Positions 1 through 8,912 are shown, numbered from the stretch's first letter. The stretch: DNA of 16,292 nt from Octopus sinensis (GCF_006345805.1 NW_021825334.1:1-16292), one strand, 5' to 3'. Notes: generated from the sequence alone by a model not told the origin. Translations and numbers: made by a program.

Positions 1-585
1 GCAGAAACGTTAGCACACCGGGCAAAATGGTGAGCAGTATTTTGTCTGCCGTTACATTCTGAGTTCAAATTCCGCCGAGGTCAACTTTGCCTTTCATCCT
101 TTTGGAGTCGATAAATTAAGTACCAGTTATGCACTGGGGTCGATGTAATCGACTTAATCCCTTTGTCCTTGTTTGTTCCCTCTGTGTGTAGCCCCTTGTG
201 GGCAGTTAAGAAATAGGTATTTCGTCTGCTGTTACGTTCTGAGTTCAAATTCCACCGAGGTCGACTTTGCCTTTCATCCTTTCGGGGGTCAATAAATTAA
301 GTACCAGTTATGCATGGGGTCGATGTAATTGACTTACTCCGTTGGCTGTCCTGGTTTGTCTCCTCTGTGTTTAGCCTTGTGGGTAGTAAAGAAATAGGTA
401 TTTTGTCTGCCGTTACCTTCTGAGTTCAAATTCCGCCGAGGTCGACTTTGCCTTTTATCCTTTCGGAGTCGATAAATTAAGTACCAGTTACGCACTGGGG
501 TCGATGTAATCGACTTAATCCCTTTCTCTGTCCTTGTTTGTTCTCTCTGTGTGTAGCCCCTTGTGGGCAGTAAAGAAATAAGAAA
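1..585 (+). mobile_element. tRNA-derived SINE family A, head-to-tail trimer (units 1-215, 216-396, 397-580)
   Basis: Three near-identical units, each with B-box-like GAGTTCAAATTCC, core GCCTTTCATCCTTTCGGGGTCGATAAATTAAGTACCAG and tail AAGAAATA. Units 2 and 3 lack the A-box and start at GGTATTT. Confidence 0.9.
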
Positions 586-589
586 GAGG

Positions 590-1260
590 TGGGCAGAATA
601 GTAAGTGAGAATAAGGTTGTTTGTGTAGGAGGGAATCGATTTTCTATTATAAGGGTTAAAAGGAAGAAAAGCTCATTGCTTAGTGGAGGTTCATGTTTTA
701 GTGATCAGGGATTTTGCATTCAATTCCTGGATTTGTCAAGGCATTGCATTCATCACAGCATAGAAGTAATTAAAATTTTCAAGAAGACTCTGCTTGTCAC
801 TGTTTTTTTTTTTGTTTTTATGGGGTCAGCTTTAATTTATAGACTAATTTATCAAATCCCTTGTATATTTAAGGCTGAGAGAACAGAGGGCAGTATCTGA
901 CAGGCAGAATTTTCTTGAAAATTTTAGTTACTTCTGTGCAGTGGTGGAGGCAACATGTTCTTTGTCTGTCTCCTTAACTTCTTGGAGATTTTAGGTATAA
1001 TTATACTAATATGTCCATCTTTTCTAATTTTAATTAAATTCTATGTCTTTGTGCAACTGAAGATTGCTCTACATTTTAAATTGATGAAATGATTGCATTG
1101 TTCAATTAAATAGAGTTGCATGAAACGATCGTACAGCATTACCTATGGATAACCTTGTTGCTTATTTTGATTTTAATCATCTTTGAAATTGTATGGATAA
1201 TACCGTACTAAATTCTGGTGCCTCAACTTAGGTACCATAATCATCTGGATCTAAATACTT
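590..1260 (+). mobile_element. possible decayed Penelope-like element 3' region/pLTR
   Basis: Contains a PLE-style minimal hammerhead motif and a 54-bp inverted duplication. With one frameshift, about 620-690 reads CLCRRESIF/IIRVKRKKSSLL, loosely like the Cys-containing C-terminus of PLE ORFs. Similarity judged by eye only. Confidence 0.35.
1051..1140 (+). ncRNA. type I minimal hammerhead ribozyme motif (degenerate)
   Basis: CTGAAGA (1057-1063), long stem II (TGC-TCTA...TTTAAATTGA / TCAATTAAA...TAGA-GTT-GCA), GAAA (1122-1125), C-GATC-GT short stem III with palindromic loop, GTA cleavage triplet (1131-1133). Stem I pairs only in its outer part (TGC/GCA). Confidence 0.5.
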
Positions 1261-1478
1261 ATATATATGTATATATATAGATATATTATATAATATATAT
1301 ATATATATAAAAATATATATATATATATATGGAGGCAATATGCAGATAAAACAAATTGTACACATTAAATATATTAAATATAATAGTTTGGGTATGAAAT
1401 ACCAAGTATGTATAAATATATACACGTAAAATGAGAGAAAGCAAAAGATGGAAACTTTCAGATGATGAATCGATCCCC

Positions 1479-2526
1479 CGTAAAGAGAGAAAGAGAGGGG
1501 GGGAGAAGGAGGGAAAGAGAGAGAGAAAGAGAGAGATTGGAAGAGAGAGGATGAGTGAGAGAAACTGAGAGAGAGAGAGCAAGAAAAAGAAAGAGATTGG
1601 AAGAGAGAGAGAGGGTGAGTAAGACAAAGAGTGTGATTGGAAGAGAGAGGATTGGTGAGAGAGAGTGAGAGAGAGAGGGAGAAAGAGAAAGAAAGAGATT
1701 GGAGAGAGAGAGAGAGAGAGAGCAAGAGAAAGAGAGTGAGAGAAACTGAGAGATAGAGAGAGTTAGAGAAAGAAAGAGATTGGAAGAGAGAGAGTAAGAG
1801 AAAGAGAGAGATTAGAAGAGAGAGGTTGAGTGAGAGAGACTGAGAGAGCAAGAAAAAGAAAGAGATTGGAAGAGAGTGAGAGAGAGAGAGAGAGAGCAAT
1901 ACATAATTTACTGGCAATATGTGGTTCCTGAGAAGACCTACCCACCTTGGTGACACTGAGATCTGGGTAAAAAAAAATTTACATGCCCTCCCCCAACAAA
2001 CCAAACATCTTCTCATCACCTCCTCTTCATCTCCTCTTTTTCATGCACAATGATTATGGTTCTCTCTCACTTCCCAATCCTGCCCTGCCTGCTGTATCAG
2101 GGCTACCCCTGTCGGCCCCTGTCTCCTCTATATACCCACATTTCCCCAGTCACTGCGCTCCCCACCCCCACACTTTTTGCATTCATCTGGGGTCCTTACT
2201 CCCTACTCTTGCCCCTTGCCTCAACCAACCCCATTTATGTTCTGATCCTTCTACCTTGACAGTATGACTTGCACCTTTACAACCATCTCTCCCCTGTTCC
2301 CTCCCCCCCGCTTGCAACTCATCCTCTCACTCTCTCCCACTCTCTCTTTCTCTTGCTCTCTATCTCTTTCTCATGCTCTCTATCTCTCTCACTCTCCCTC
2401 TCTCTTCCAATCCCTCTCTTTCTCTTGCTCTCTCTCTCTCAGTCTCTCTCACTCACTCTCTTTCTTTCAATCTCTCTCTCTCAATCTGTCTCTCCCTCTC
2501 TCTCTCTCTTCCAATCTTCCATTACG
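1479..2526. repeat. fold-back-like unit: GA-rich minisatellite arm (1479-1897) and inverted CT-rich arm (about 2320-2526) around a ~420-bp core
   Basis: Left arm repeats GATTGGAAGAGAGAG and GAGAGAGCAAGAGAAAG; right arm carries their reverse complements (CTCTCTTCCAATC, CTTTCTCTTGCTCTCTC). Ends read CGTAA...TTACG. Confidence 0.6.
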
Positions 2527-2556
2527 ATGACGATGATGATACTGATAATATATATA

Positions 2557-2968
2557 GGCATATGAGTGGCTGTGTGGTAAGTAGCTTGCTTCACAACCAC
2601 ATGGTTCCAGGCTCAGTCCCAATGCGTGTTACCTAGGGCAAGTATCTTCTACTATAGCCTTGGGCCAACCAAAACCTTATGAGTGGATTTGGTAGATGGA
2701 AACTGAAAGAAGCCCCTGTTGTATATATGTACATATATATGTATATGTGTGTATATGTTTGTGTGTCTGTTTTGTCCCCACAACATCGCTTGACAACCGT
2801 TGCTGGTGTGTTTACATCCCTGTAACTTAGCGGTTTGGCAAAAGAGACTGATAGAATAAGTACTAGGCTTCCAAAGAATAAGTCCTGGAGTTGATTTGCT
2901 TGACTAAAGGCAATGCTCCAGCATGGCCACAGTCTAATGACTGAAACAAGTAAAAGAGAATAAAAGAG
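2557..2968 (+). mobile_element. tRNA-derived SINE family B, full length
   Basis: A-box-like TGGCTGTGTGG, B-box-like GGCTCAGTCCC, GGGCAAGTRTCTTC segment, internal (TA/TG)n, tail ATGACTGAAACAAGTAAAAGAG. Matches the copies at 11538 and 15800. Confidence 0.9.
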
Positions 2969-2990
2969 TCTATATATATATATATATATA

Positions 2991-3378
2991 TCTTTTATCT
3001 TTTATTTGTTTCAATCATTAGACTGTGGCCATGCTGGGGCACCACCTTCAAGAATTTTTAGTTGAATGAATTAATCCCAGTGCTTAAGTTTGTTAAGCCT
3101 TGTACTTATTTTACCATTTTCTTTTGCTGACCTGCTAAGAGATGGAGATGTAAACAAACCAGCACCGGTTGTCAAGTGGTGGTATGGGACAAACTCAGAC
3201 ATAAAGACACACACACACACACATGATGGGCTTCTTTCAGTTTCCATCTACCAAATCCTTTGAGAAAGCTTTGGTTGGGGCCCAAGGCTATAGTAGAAGA
3301 CACTAGCTCCAGGTGCCATGCAGTGGGACTGAACTTGGAACCATGTGGTTGGGAAGCAAGCTTCTTATCACACAGCTA
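2991..3378 (-). mobile_element. SINE family B, diverged copy, tail-to-tail with the previous one
   Basis: Reverse complement of family B from the tail (TTGTTTCAATCATTAGACTG) to the head (CACACAGC). Confidence 0.85.
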
Positions 3379-3494
3379 CATATATGAGTGTATATATATA
3401 TATATATATGTGTGTGTGTATACACATATATACGTATACATACATACAACACACACACACACACATATATGTATGTGTATATATATATATATAT

Positions 3495-3529
<35 letters not shown>

Positions 3530-3619
3530 ATATATATGTGTGTATATATGTATATATGTATGTATGTATGTATGTATGTGTATATTATATATATATATAT
3601 ACATATATATATACATACA

Positions 3620-3652
<33 letters not shown>

Positions 3653-3733
3653 GTATGTGTATATATACATATATATATATATACACACACACACATATTT
3701 ATATATATACACACATATATATATATATATATT
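3379..3733. repeat. compound (TA)n/(TG)n/(CA)n/(TACA)n microsatellite
   Basis: Directly visible; source of several spurious Y/I/C/V/H/T-rich ORFs. Confidence 0.95.
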
Positions 3734-3883
3734 ATGAGTGGCAATTACCGTATTGACAAATAGACACGCAGAGTTTGAGACAATGTTAGAGAAAGTGAAG
3801 AAAAGACAGCAAAGAAAGAAATAACGAATAACAACAACAAGAAACCAAAAACATCCCGTTTTACGACAGCCACAAAGGTGTTC

Positions 3884-3919
3884 GCTGCTTAGCAACTAAA
3901 CCAAGCTCCCCTTAGCAAC
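3884..3919. promoter_or_regulatory. pair of RFX/X-box-like sites in a CpG-containing unique island
   Basis: GCTGCTTAGCAAC (3884-3896) and GCTCCCCTTAGCAAC (3905-3919); both have the RGYAAC half-site and are 23 bp apart. Confidence 0.35.
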
Positions 3920-4387
3920 CAAGTCGAAAGTCTCGTCAGGCGGCGGACATAAAACTTATGTTTGCTGTTAAGCTGTTAAAAATATTCTCGTGAAACATGT
4001 AAAATAAACCGAAGAAAAATGCTCTAAATCGACAATTATTTCACTAGGAATTTTTATTCAGGTATTTTACGAGAATTTTCATTGAAAATTTTTTTCCAAA
4101 AAATGAAATTTGATAGAGAATTTTTTGTAGAAAGATACAATGTATATATCTCTTTATTTCATGTGTCTGTAATTTTCGGCATTGTCCACATGGCTTTCTT
4201 TGGTTCTGTAATGAATTACATTACAGCTTGTTTATATGTGTATGTATCATTTTATTATTACTGATATTTAGACTTTACAGAGTGACTCAGGGGCCAGGAG
4301 TTCGTGTATTTAACAAAAGTATTATACATTAATGTATGTATGTATGTATGTAATATTTGTCTATATGTATGTAATGTTTGTGTGTGC

Positions 4388-4430
<43 letters not shown>

Positions 4431-4431
<1 letters not shown>

Positions 4432-4794
4432 TCTCTTTTACTTGTTTCAGTCATTTGACTGCAGCCATGCTGGAGCACCGCCTTTAGTTGAGCAAATCGA
4501 CCCCTGGACTTATTCTTTGTAAGCCCAGTACTTATTCTATCGGTCTCTTTTTGCCGAACCGCTAAGTGACGGGGACATAAACACACCAGCATCGGTTGTC
4601 AAGCAATGCTAGGGACACACACACACAAACACACACACATACATATATATCCGTCTACCAAATCCACTCACAAGGCTTTGGTCGGCCCGAGGCTATAGCA
4701 GAAGACACTTGCCCAGGGTGCCACGCAGTGGGACTGAACCCGGAACCATGTGGTTGGTAAACAAGCTACTTACCACACAGCCACTCCTGCGCCT
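4431..4794 (-). mobile_element. SINE family B, young copy with small internal deletion
   Basis: Near-exact reverse complement of 15800-16219, ending CCACTCCTGCGCC; flanked by TA repeats. Confidence 0.9.
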
Positions 4795-4814
4795 ATATGA
4801 GTGTGTAGCTTCTA

Positions 4815-4880
4815 TCTCTTGTTTCAATCATTAGACTGCGACCTTGCTGAAGAATTTTGGTCGAACGAATGGCCCCCAGT
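4815..4880 (-). mobile_element. SINE family B 3' fragment
   Basis: TCTTGTTTCAATCATTAGACTGCG tail motif followed by a deleted body. Confidence 0.6.
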
Positions 4881-4971
4881 ATAATGTGTGTGTGTGTATA
4901 TATTTATATATATATATATGTGTGTGGTGTGTGTCTCGAAGACAAAGGGGGTTGGTGTACGTCTGTCTTTT

Positions 4972-5063
4972 TCAGGACATGTCCTTGATTCCGTCATCCA
5001 AATTTGCGTCCGGTAGGAATATTTTAAAATCCTCCAAGAGTCCAGAAACCTCAGCTTTCGTCA
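4972..5063 (-). other. candidate terminal coding exon (xTKAEVSGLLEDFKIFLPDANLDDGIKDMS*)
   Basis: Strong minus-strand acceptor GGCGTTTTTCTTTTTTCAG; only one frame is open, ending at TGA 4974-4972. Unique sequence, no homologue recognised. A competing + strand exon (4976-5012) is also possible. Confidence 0.3.
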
Positions 5064-5244
5064 CTGAAAAAAGAAAAACGCCAAAGACCAAAAGTGTGTG
5101 AAAGGCAGAGCCACAGAGTTTGACACTCCAGATATGACAACCCTTTTGAAGCATTTAACTAATTTGTTTTCGGAATGCTAGAAATATCAACACCAGTATT
5201 CGTATCTAATAGTTACCATGTTATAAATAATAGAACCCTTCGAT

Positions 5245-5450
5245 TCTTTACCTGTTTCAGTCATTAGACTGCGGCCATGCTGGGGCACCGCTCTGAAGAT
5301 TATCAGTCTAATGAATCGACCGCAGTTCTTTTTTTTTTTTTTAAGTTTGGTACTTATTCTATCAGTCTCTATTACCGAGCTGCTAAGTTACGAGGACATG
5401 AACACACCAACACCGGTTGTGAAGCTGTGACGGGGAACAAACACACACAC
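5245..5450 (-). mobile_element. SINE family B 3' half
   Basis: Tail motif TGTTTCAGTCATTAGACTGCGGCCATGCTGGGGCACCG through to the (CA)n linker. Confidence 0.85.
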
Positions 5451-5463
5451 CTCTATCTATATT

Positions 5464-5495
<32 letters not shown>

Positions 5496-5527
5496 CCTAC
5501 CTACCTACCTACCTACCTACCTACCTA

Positions 5528-5560
<33 letters not shown>

Positions 5561-5573
5561 CTGTCTGTCTGTC

Positions 5574-5602
<29 letters not shown>
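5451..5602. repeat. (TATC)n/(TACC)n/(TGTC)n compound microsatellite
   Basis: Directly visible. Confidence 0.95.
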
Positions 5603-5604
<2 letters not shown>

Positions 5605-5997
5605 TCTTTTACTTGTTTCAGTCATTTGACTGCGGTCATACTGGAGCACCGCCTTAACGGATTTTAGTCAGACAAATCGATCCCAGGGCTTATTCTTTGT
5701 AAGCCATGTACTTTTTCTATCGGTCTATTTGCTGAACCACTAAGTCATGGGGATATAAACACACCAACGTCGATTGTCAAGCAATATTGGGAGGACAAAC
5801 ACAGACACAAACACATAAATATATATATACATAGATATACGACGGTCTTCTTTCAGTTTCCGTCACCAAATCCACTCACAAGGCTTTGGTTGGCTCAAGG
5901 CTGTAGAAGACACTTGCCCAAGGTACTACACAGTGGGACTGAACCCAGAACCATGTGTTTGGGAAGCAAGCTTCTTATCACACAGCCACATCTGCAC
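5603..5997 (-). mobile_element. SINE family B, full length
   Basis: Complete reverse complement from tail to tRNA-like head. Confidence 0.9.
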
Positions 5998-6060
5998 TTT
6001 GTTTAAGTACGTAACATGGTGAAATTATAAACAAGGCAAATTTTAGCCATTTCTCTGCAG

Positions 6061-6219
6061 ACTGAAAAAATGATGAACAACCCTTATTGGGTTCTCATCA
6101 GAGGTGTCCACATCATTCTGACAGTCTCCAGAGAAACAAGCAGCCAAAATGTTTATATACTCAACAAATGCAGCAGTTACTTTATGAAGGGGTCCCTAAT
6201 TTGCATACTAGCAGCCCAG
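6061..6219 (+). other. candidate 159-nt internal exon
   Basis: Acceptor CCATTTCTCTGCAG, donor CAG|GTGTGT, length divisible by 3, phase-0 frame open (TEKMMNNPYWVLIRG...ILAAQ). No homologue recognised. Confidence 0.25.
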
Positions 6220-6252
6220 GTGTGTGTATACATATACATATATATATATATA

Positions 6253-6652
6253 CTAGCAGTATCGCCCGGCGTTGCTCGGGTTTGTAAGGGAAATAACTAT
6301 ATAAGCATTTTTAGGGAGTTATAGCCAAAAAATAGCAAAAAAATTCATTAAAAATGGAAAAAAAAATTATGGTAAATTTTTTTTAAAATCGTTGACTCAT
6401 CGTAGACATTTTTAGAGAGTTACTTCCCTTATATAATAGCGAAAAAAATGCATTAAAATGGAAAAAAATGATGGTAAATTTTTTTTTAAATCGTAGACTC
6501 ATCGTAGACGCGCGCTAATACCCAGAATGGCTCGATATGAATCACAACTATAAGATACCCGGTTTTGGTTAAACTGCACCGCAAAATGTGGGAGTAGTTA
6601 GGAATCTAAATCATAGGAGACAGACACACAACCTTACTTTTATATATAAAGA
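6253..6652 (-). mobile_element. non-autonomous Helitron (400 bp)
   Basis: Minus strand starts A|TCTTTATATATAAAAG and ends CTAG|T. GC-rich hairpin CCCGAGCAACGCCGGG (6265-6280) lies just upstream of the 3' end; no TSD; inserted between A and T. Internal ~100-bp tandem duplication (about 6307-6509). Confidence 0.9.
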
Positions 6653-6696
6653 TATATTTATACATACACACATACGATGGGTTTCTTTCAGTTTCT

Positions 6697-7090
6697 TATT
6701 TGTTTATTGCCCACAAGGGGCTAAACATAAGGGGGGACAAACAAGGACAGGCAAAGGGATTAAGTGAATTAGATCGACCCCAGGGCGTAACTGGTACTTA
6801 AATTATCGACCCCAAAAGGATGAAAGGCAAAGTCGTCCTCGGCGGAATATAAATATATTTCTTTACTACCCACAAGCAGCCAAACATAGAGTGGACAAAC
6901 AAGGACAGAGAAAGGGATTAAGTCGATTACACCGACCCCAGTGCGAAACTGGTACTTGATTTATCGACCCCGACAGGATGAAAGGCAAAGTCGACCTCAG
7001 CGGAATTTTAACTCAGAACGTAACGACAGATGAAATACCGCTAAGCATTTCGCCCAGCGTGCTAACGTTTCTGCCAGCTTGCCGCCTTCT
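6697..7090 (-). mobile_element. SINE family A dimer (full unit plus headless unit) with 16-bp TSD
   Basis: Flanked by GTTTCTTTCAGTTTCT (6681-6696) and GTTTCTTCCAGTTTCT (7091-7106). Confidence 0.85.
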
Positions 7091-7201
7091 GTTTCTTCCA
7101 GTTTCTGCCTACCAAATCCACTCACAAAGTTTAGGTCAACCCAAGGCTATCACAGAAGACACTTGTCCAAGTGTCTTCTGTGGTTGGGAAGCAAGCTTCT
7201 T

Positions 7202-7436
7202 ATTTCTTTATTGCCCACAAGGGACTAAACATAGAGGGGATAAACAAAGACAGACAAAGGGATTAAGTCGAATTATATCTACCCCAGTGCATAAATGGTA
7301 CTTAATTTATTGACCCTGAAAAAATGAAAGACAAAGTTGACCTCGGCGGAATTTGAACTCACAATGTAGCGGCAGATGAAATACTGCTAAGCATTTCGCC
7401 CGACGTGCTAACGATTCTGCCAGCTCGCCGCCTTCG
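7202..7436 (-). mobile_element. SINE family A monomer with 11-bp TSD
   Basis: GCAAGCTTCTT at 7191-7201 and 7437-7447. Confidence 0.9.
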
Positions 7437-7589
7437 GCAAGCTTCTTCCCATACAGCCATGTCTGCTCCTTAAAAAATGGCCAGCAAGCCACTACGAAGA
7501 ATTGAAGTCTGTACCTCCGTACCATTGATCTCCATGACTTCTGAGAGGAGAAATTACGATAAACACCAGTCCGTATTATTTGTGTTGGG

Positions 7590-8072
7590 GTTTATTTCCT
7601 TCAATCGGTGTTGCAGTGCTTGGATCCCACTGGTGAAGATGCTCTCATCCTGTTGGTTAATGAAGTCACTGCAATACTGGTTCCTAGCCAAGTGTTTTCC
7701 CATGTTGGGGGAACAGTTGATAGTCAGATGGGGCCAAATCAGGAGAATAGGGAGGATGTTTAACCAATTCAAAGCTACAGCCATGCACAACAGCCATTGA
7801 AAACAAGGACTGGTGCCCTGGAGTATTGTCCTGGTGAAACAAAACCCCTTTCATCAGTTTTCCTGGGCATTTGGTTTTGATAGCCTTTTGTAACTGCTTC
7901 AGAAAATGAGGTTTGTGTTTCAACATTGTCCCCCTATGAATTTGGTTTGACTAAGGTTTCTGTTTGGTGGGTGCCACGTCTTCTGTCATACATCACCTTG
8001 TGGTGGACATGGTCAATATTTCCATCAGCACTGGCCGTTGCTGGGCTTCTTGGCCTAGGTTCATCTGAGGTT
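7590..8072 (-). pseudogene. mariner-type transposase remnant, deleted and internally inverted
   Basis: Minus-strand motifs DEPRPRSPATA..NIDHVHHKVMYDRR, GVLFHQDN and HPPYSPDLAPSDYQLFP. The motif KVSVWWVPRLL lies on the + strand. Frameshifts present. Confidence 0.9.
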
Positions 8073-8475
8073 CTCTCTCTCTCTCCTTTCTCACCCCTCT
8101 TTCCCTCTCCTCTCTTCCCTACACTCCCCTCCCCTTCTCTTCCCCTCCCTCTGTGTCTGTCAGTCTGTCTCTCGCTGTCTGACTCTCTGTTTGTCTCTCT
8201 CCCCTCCTCTCTCTCTCCCTCTCTGTTTCTTTCTCCCTCTCTCTCTGTCACTCTGTCTCTGTTTGTCCCTCTCTCTGTTTTCTCTCTCTGTCCCTTCTCC
8301 TCTCTCCTCTCTCTCTCTCTCTCTCTGTTTCTCCCCTCCCCTCTCTCCTGCTCATCTCTCTGTCCCTCTCTCTCTGTTTACCCCTCTCTCTCTGTCTCTC
8401 CCTCTCTGTGTCCCCTCCCTTCTCTCCCTCTACCTCTCCCATCTCTCTCTCATTTCTCTCTCTTTCTCTCCTTTT
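8071..8475. repeat. degenerate (CT)n polypyrimidine tract
   Basis: Directly visible; abuts the mariner remnant. Confidence 0.95.
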
Positions 8476-8619
8476 AAATCTCTGAGCGAGAAGTAAGCAG
8501 TAACATTATTACAGACGAAAGTCCATTTGCCAGTGTAAACTGGCAGTCTTGATTAGGACAATGTTACTACCTTTATTTAGCCCCAGGGAAACATCTTTTC
8601 CAGCTGACTCTCGATGCAC

Positions 8620-8700
8620 TTCTGTTAATCATTACACTGTGGTCATGCTGGGGCAACACCTTGAAGTGTCTTTTAGTCAAATTATTTGACTCCAGGACTT
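8620..8700 (-). mobile_element. SINE family B 3' fragment, old
   Basis: AATCATTACACTGTGGTCATGCTGGGGCAACACC resembles the family B tail. Confidence 0.65.
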
Positions 8701-8705
8701 TTTCA

Positions 8706-8912
8706 TAATAATAATAATGATTTCAAATTTTGGCACAAAGCCAGCAAGTTTGGGGGAGGCAACTAGTTGATTACATCGACCCCAGTACCAAACTGGTACC
8801 TATTTTAGTGACTCTGGAAGGATGAAAGGCAAAGTTGACCTTGGTGGAATTTGAACTCAGAATGTGAAGATAAATGAAATACCTGGTATGCTCATGACCA
8901 ATTCACTGCCTT
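8706..8912 (-). mobile_element. SINE family A-related copy with a different 3' tail ending in (TTA)n
   Basis: Shares GGATGAAAGGCAAAGTTGACC...GGAATTTGAACTCAG and ATCGACCCCAG, but the tail (TTTCAAATTTTGGCACAAAGCCAGC) differs from the other A copies. Confidence 0.8.

Larger units (their letters stand above)
6673..7470 (-). mobile_element. SINE family B 5' half, split by two family A insertions
   Basis: Pieces 6673-6696, 7091-7201 and 7437-7470 rejoin into the family B head. Confidence 0.8.

Noticed and set aside
1-585. CRISPR-like or prokaryotic repeat array
   Set aside because: The units are entire ~180-bp SINE bodies with no unique spacers, there are no cas genes, and the context is eukaryotic.
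1228-2019. 263-aa ORF and other long ORFs in the track (e.g. 3260-3763, 7926-8477, 14525-15052)
   Set aside because: They are translations of CT/GA/TA/TG repeats that lack stop codons; there is no protein-like complexity.
3923-3940. Second hammerhead (GAAAGTCTCGTCAGG on +, CTGACGA on -)
   Set aside because: The partner core element is absent on each strand and stem III cannot form.
6093-6101. CTGATGA on the minus strand followed by a hairpin
   Set aside because: No GAAA follows the hairpin, so it is not a hammerhead.
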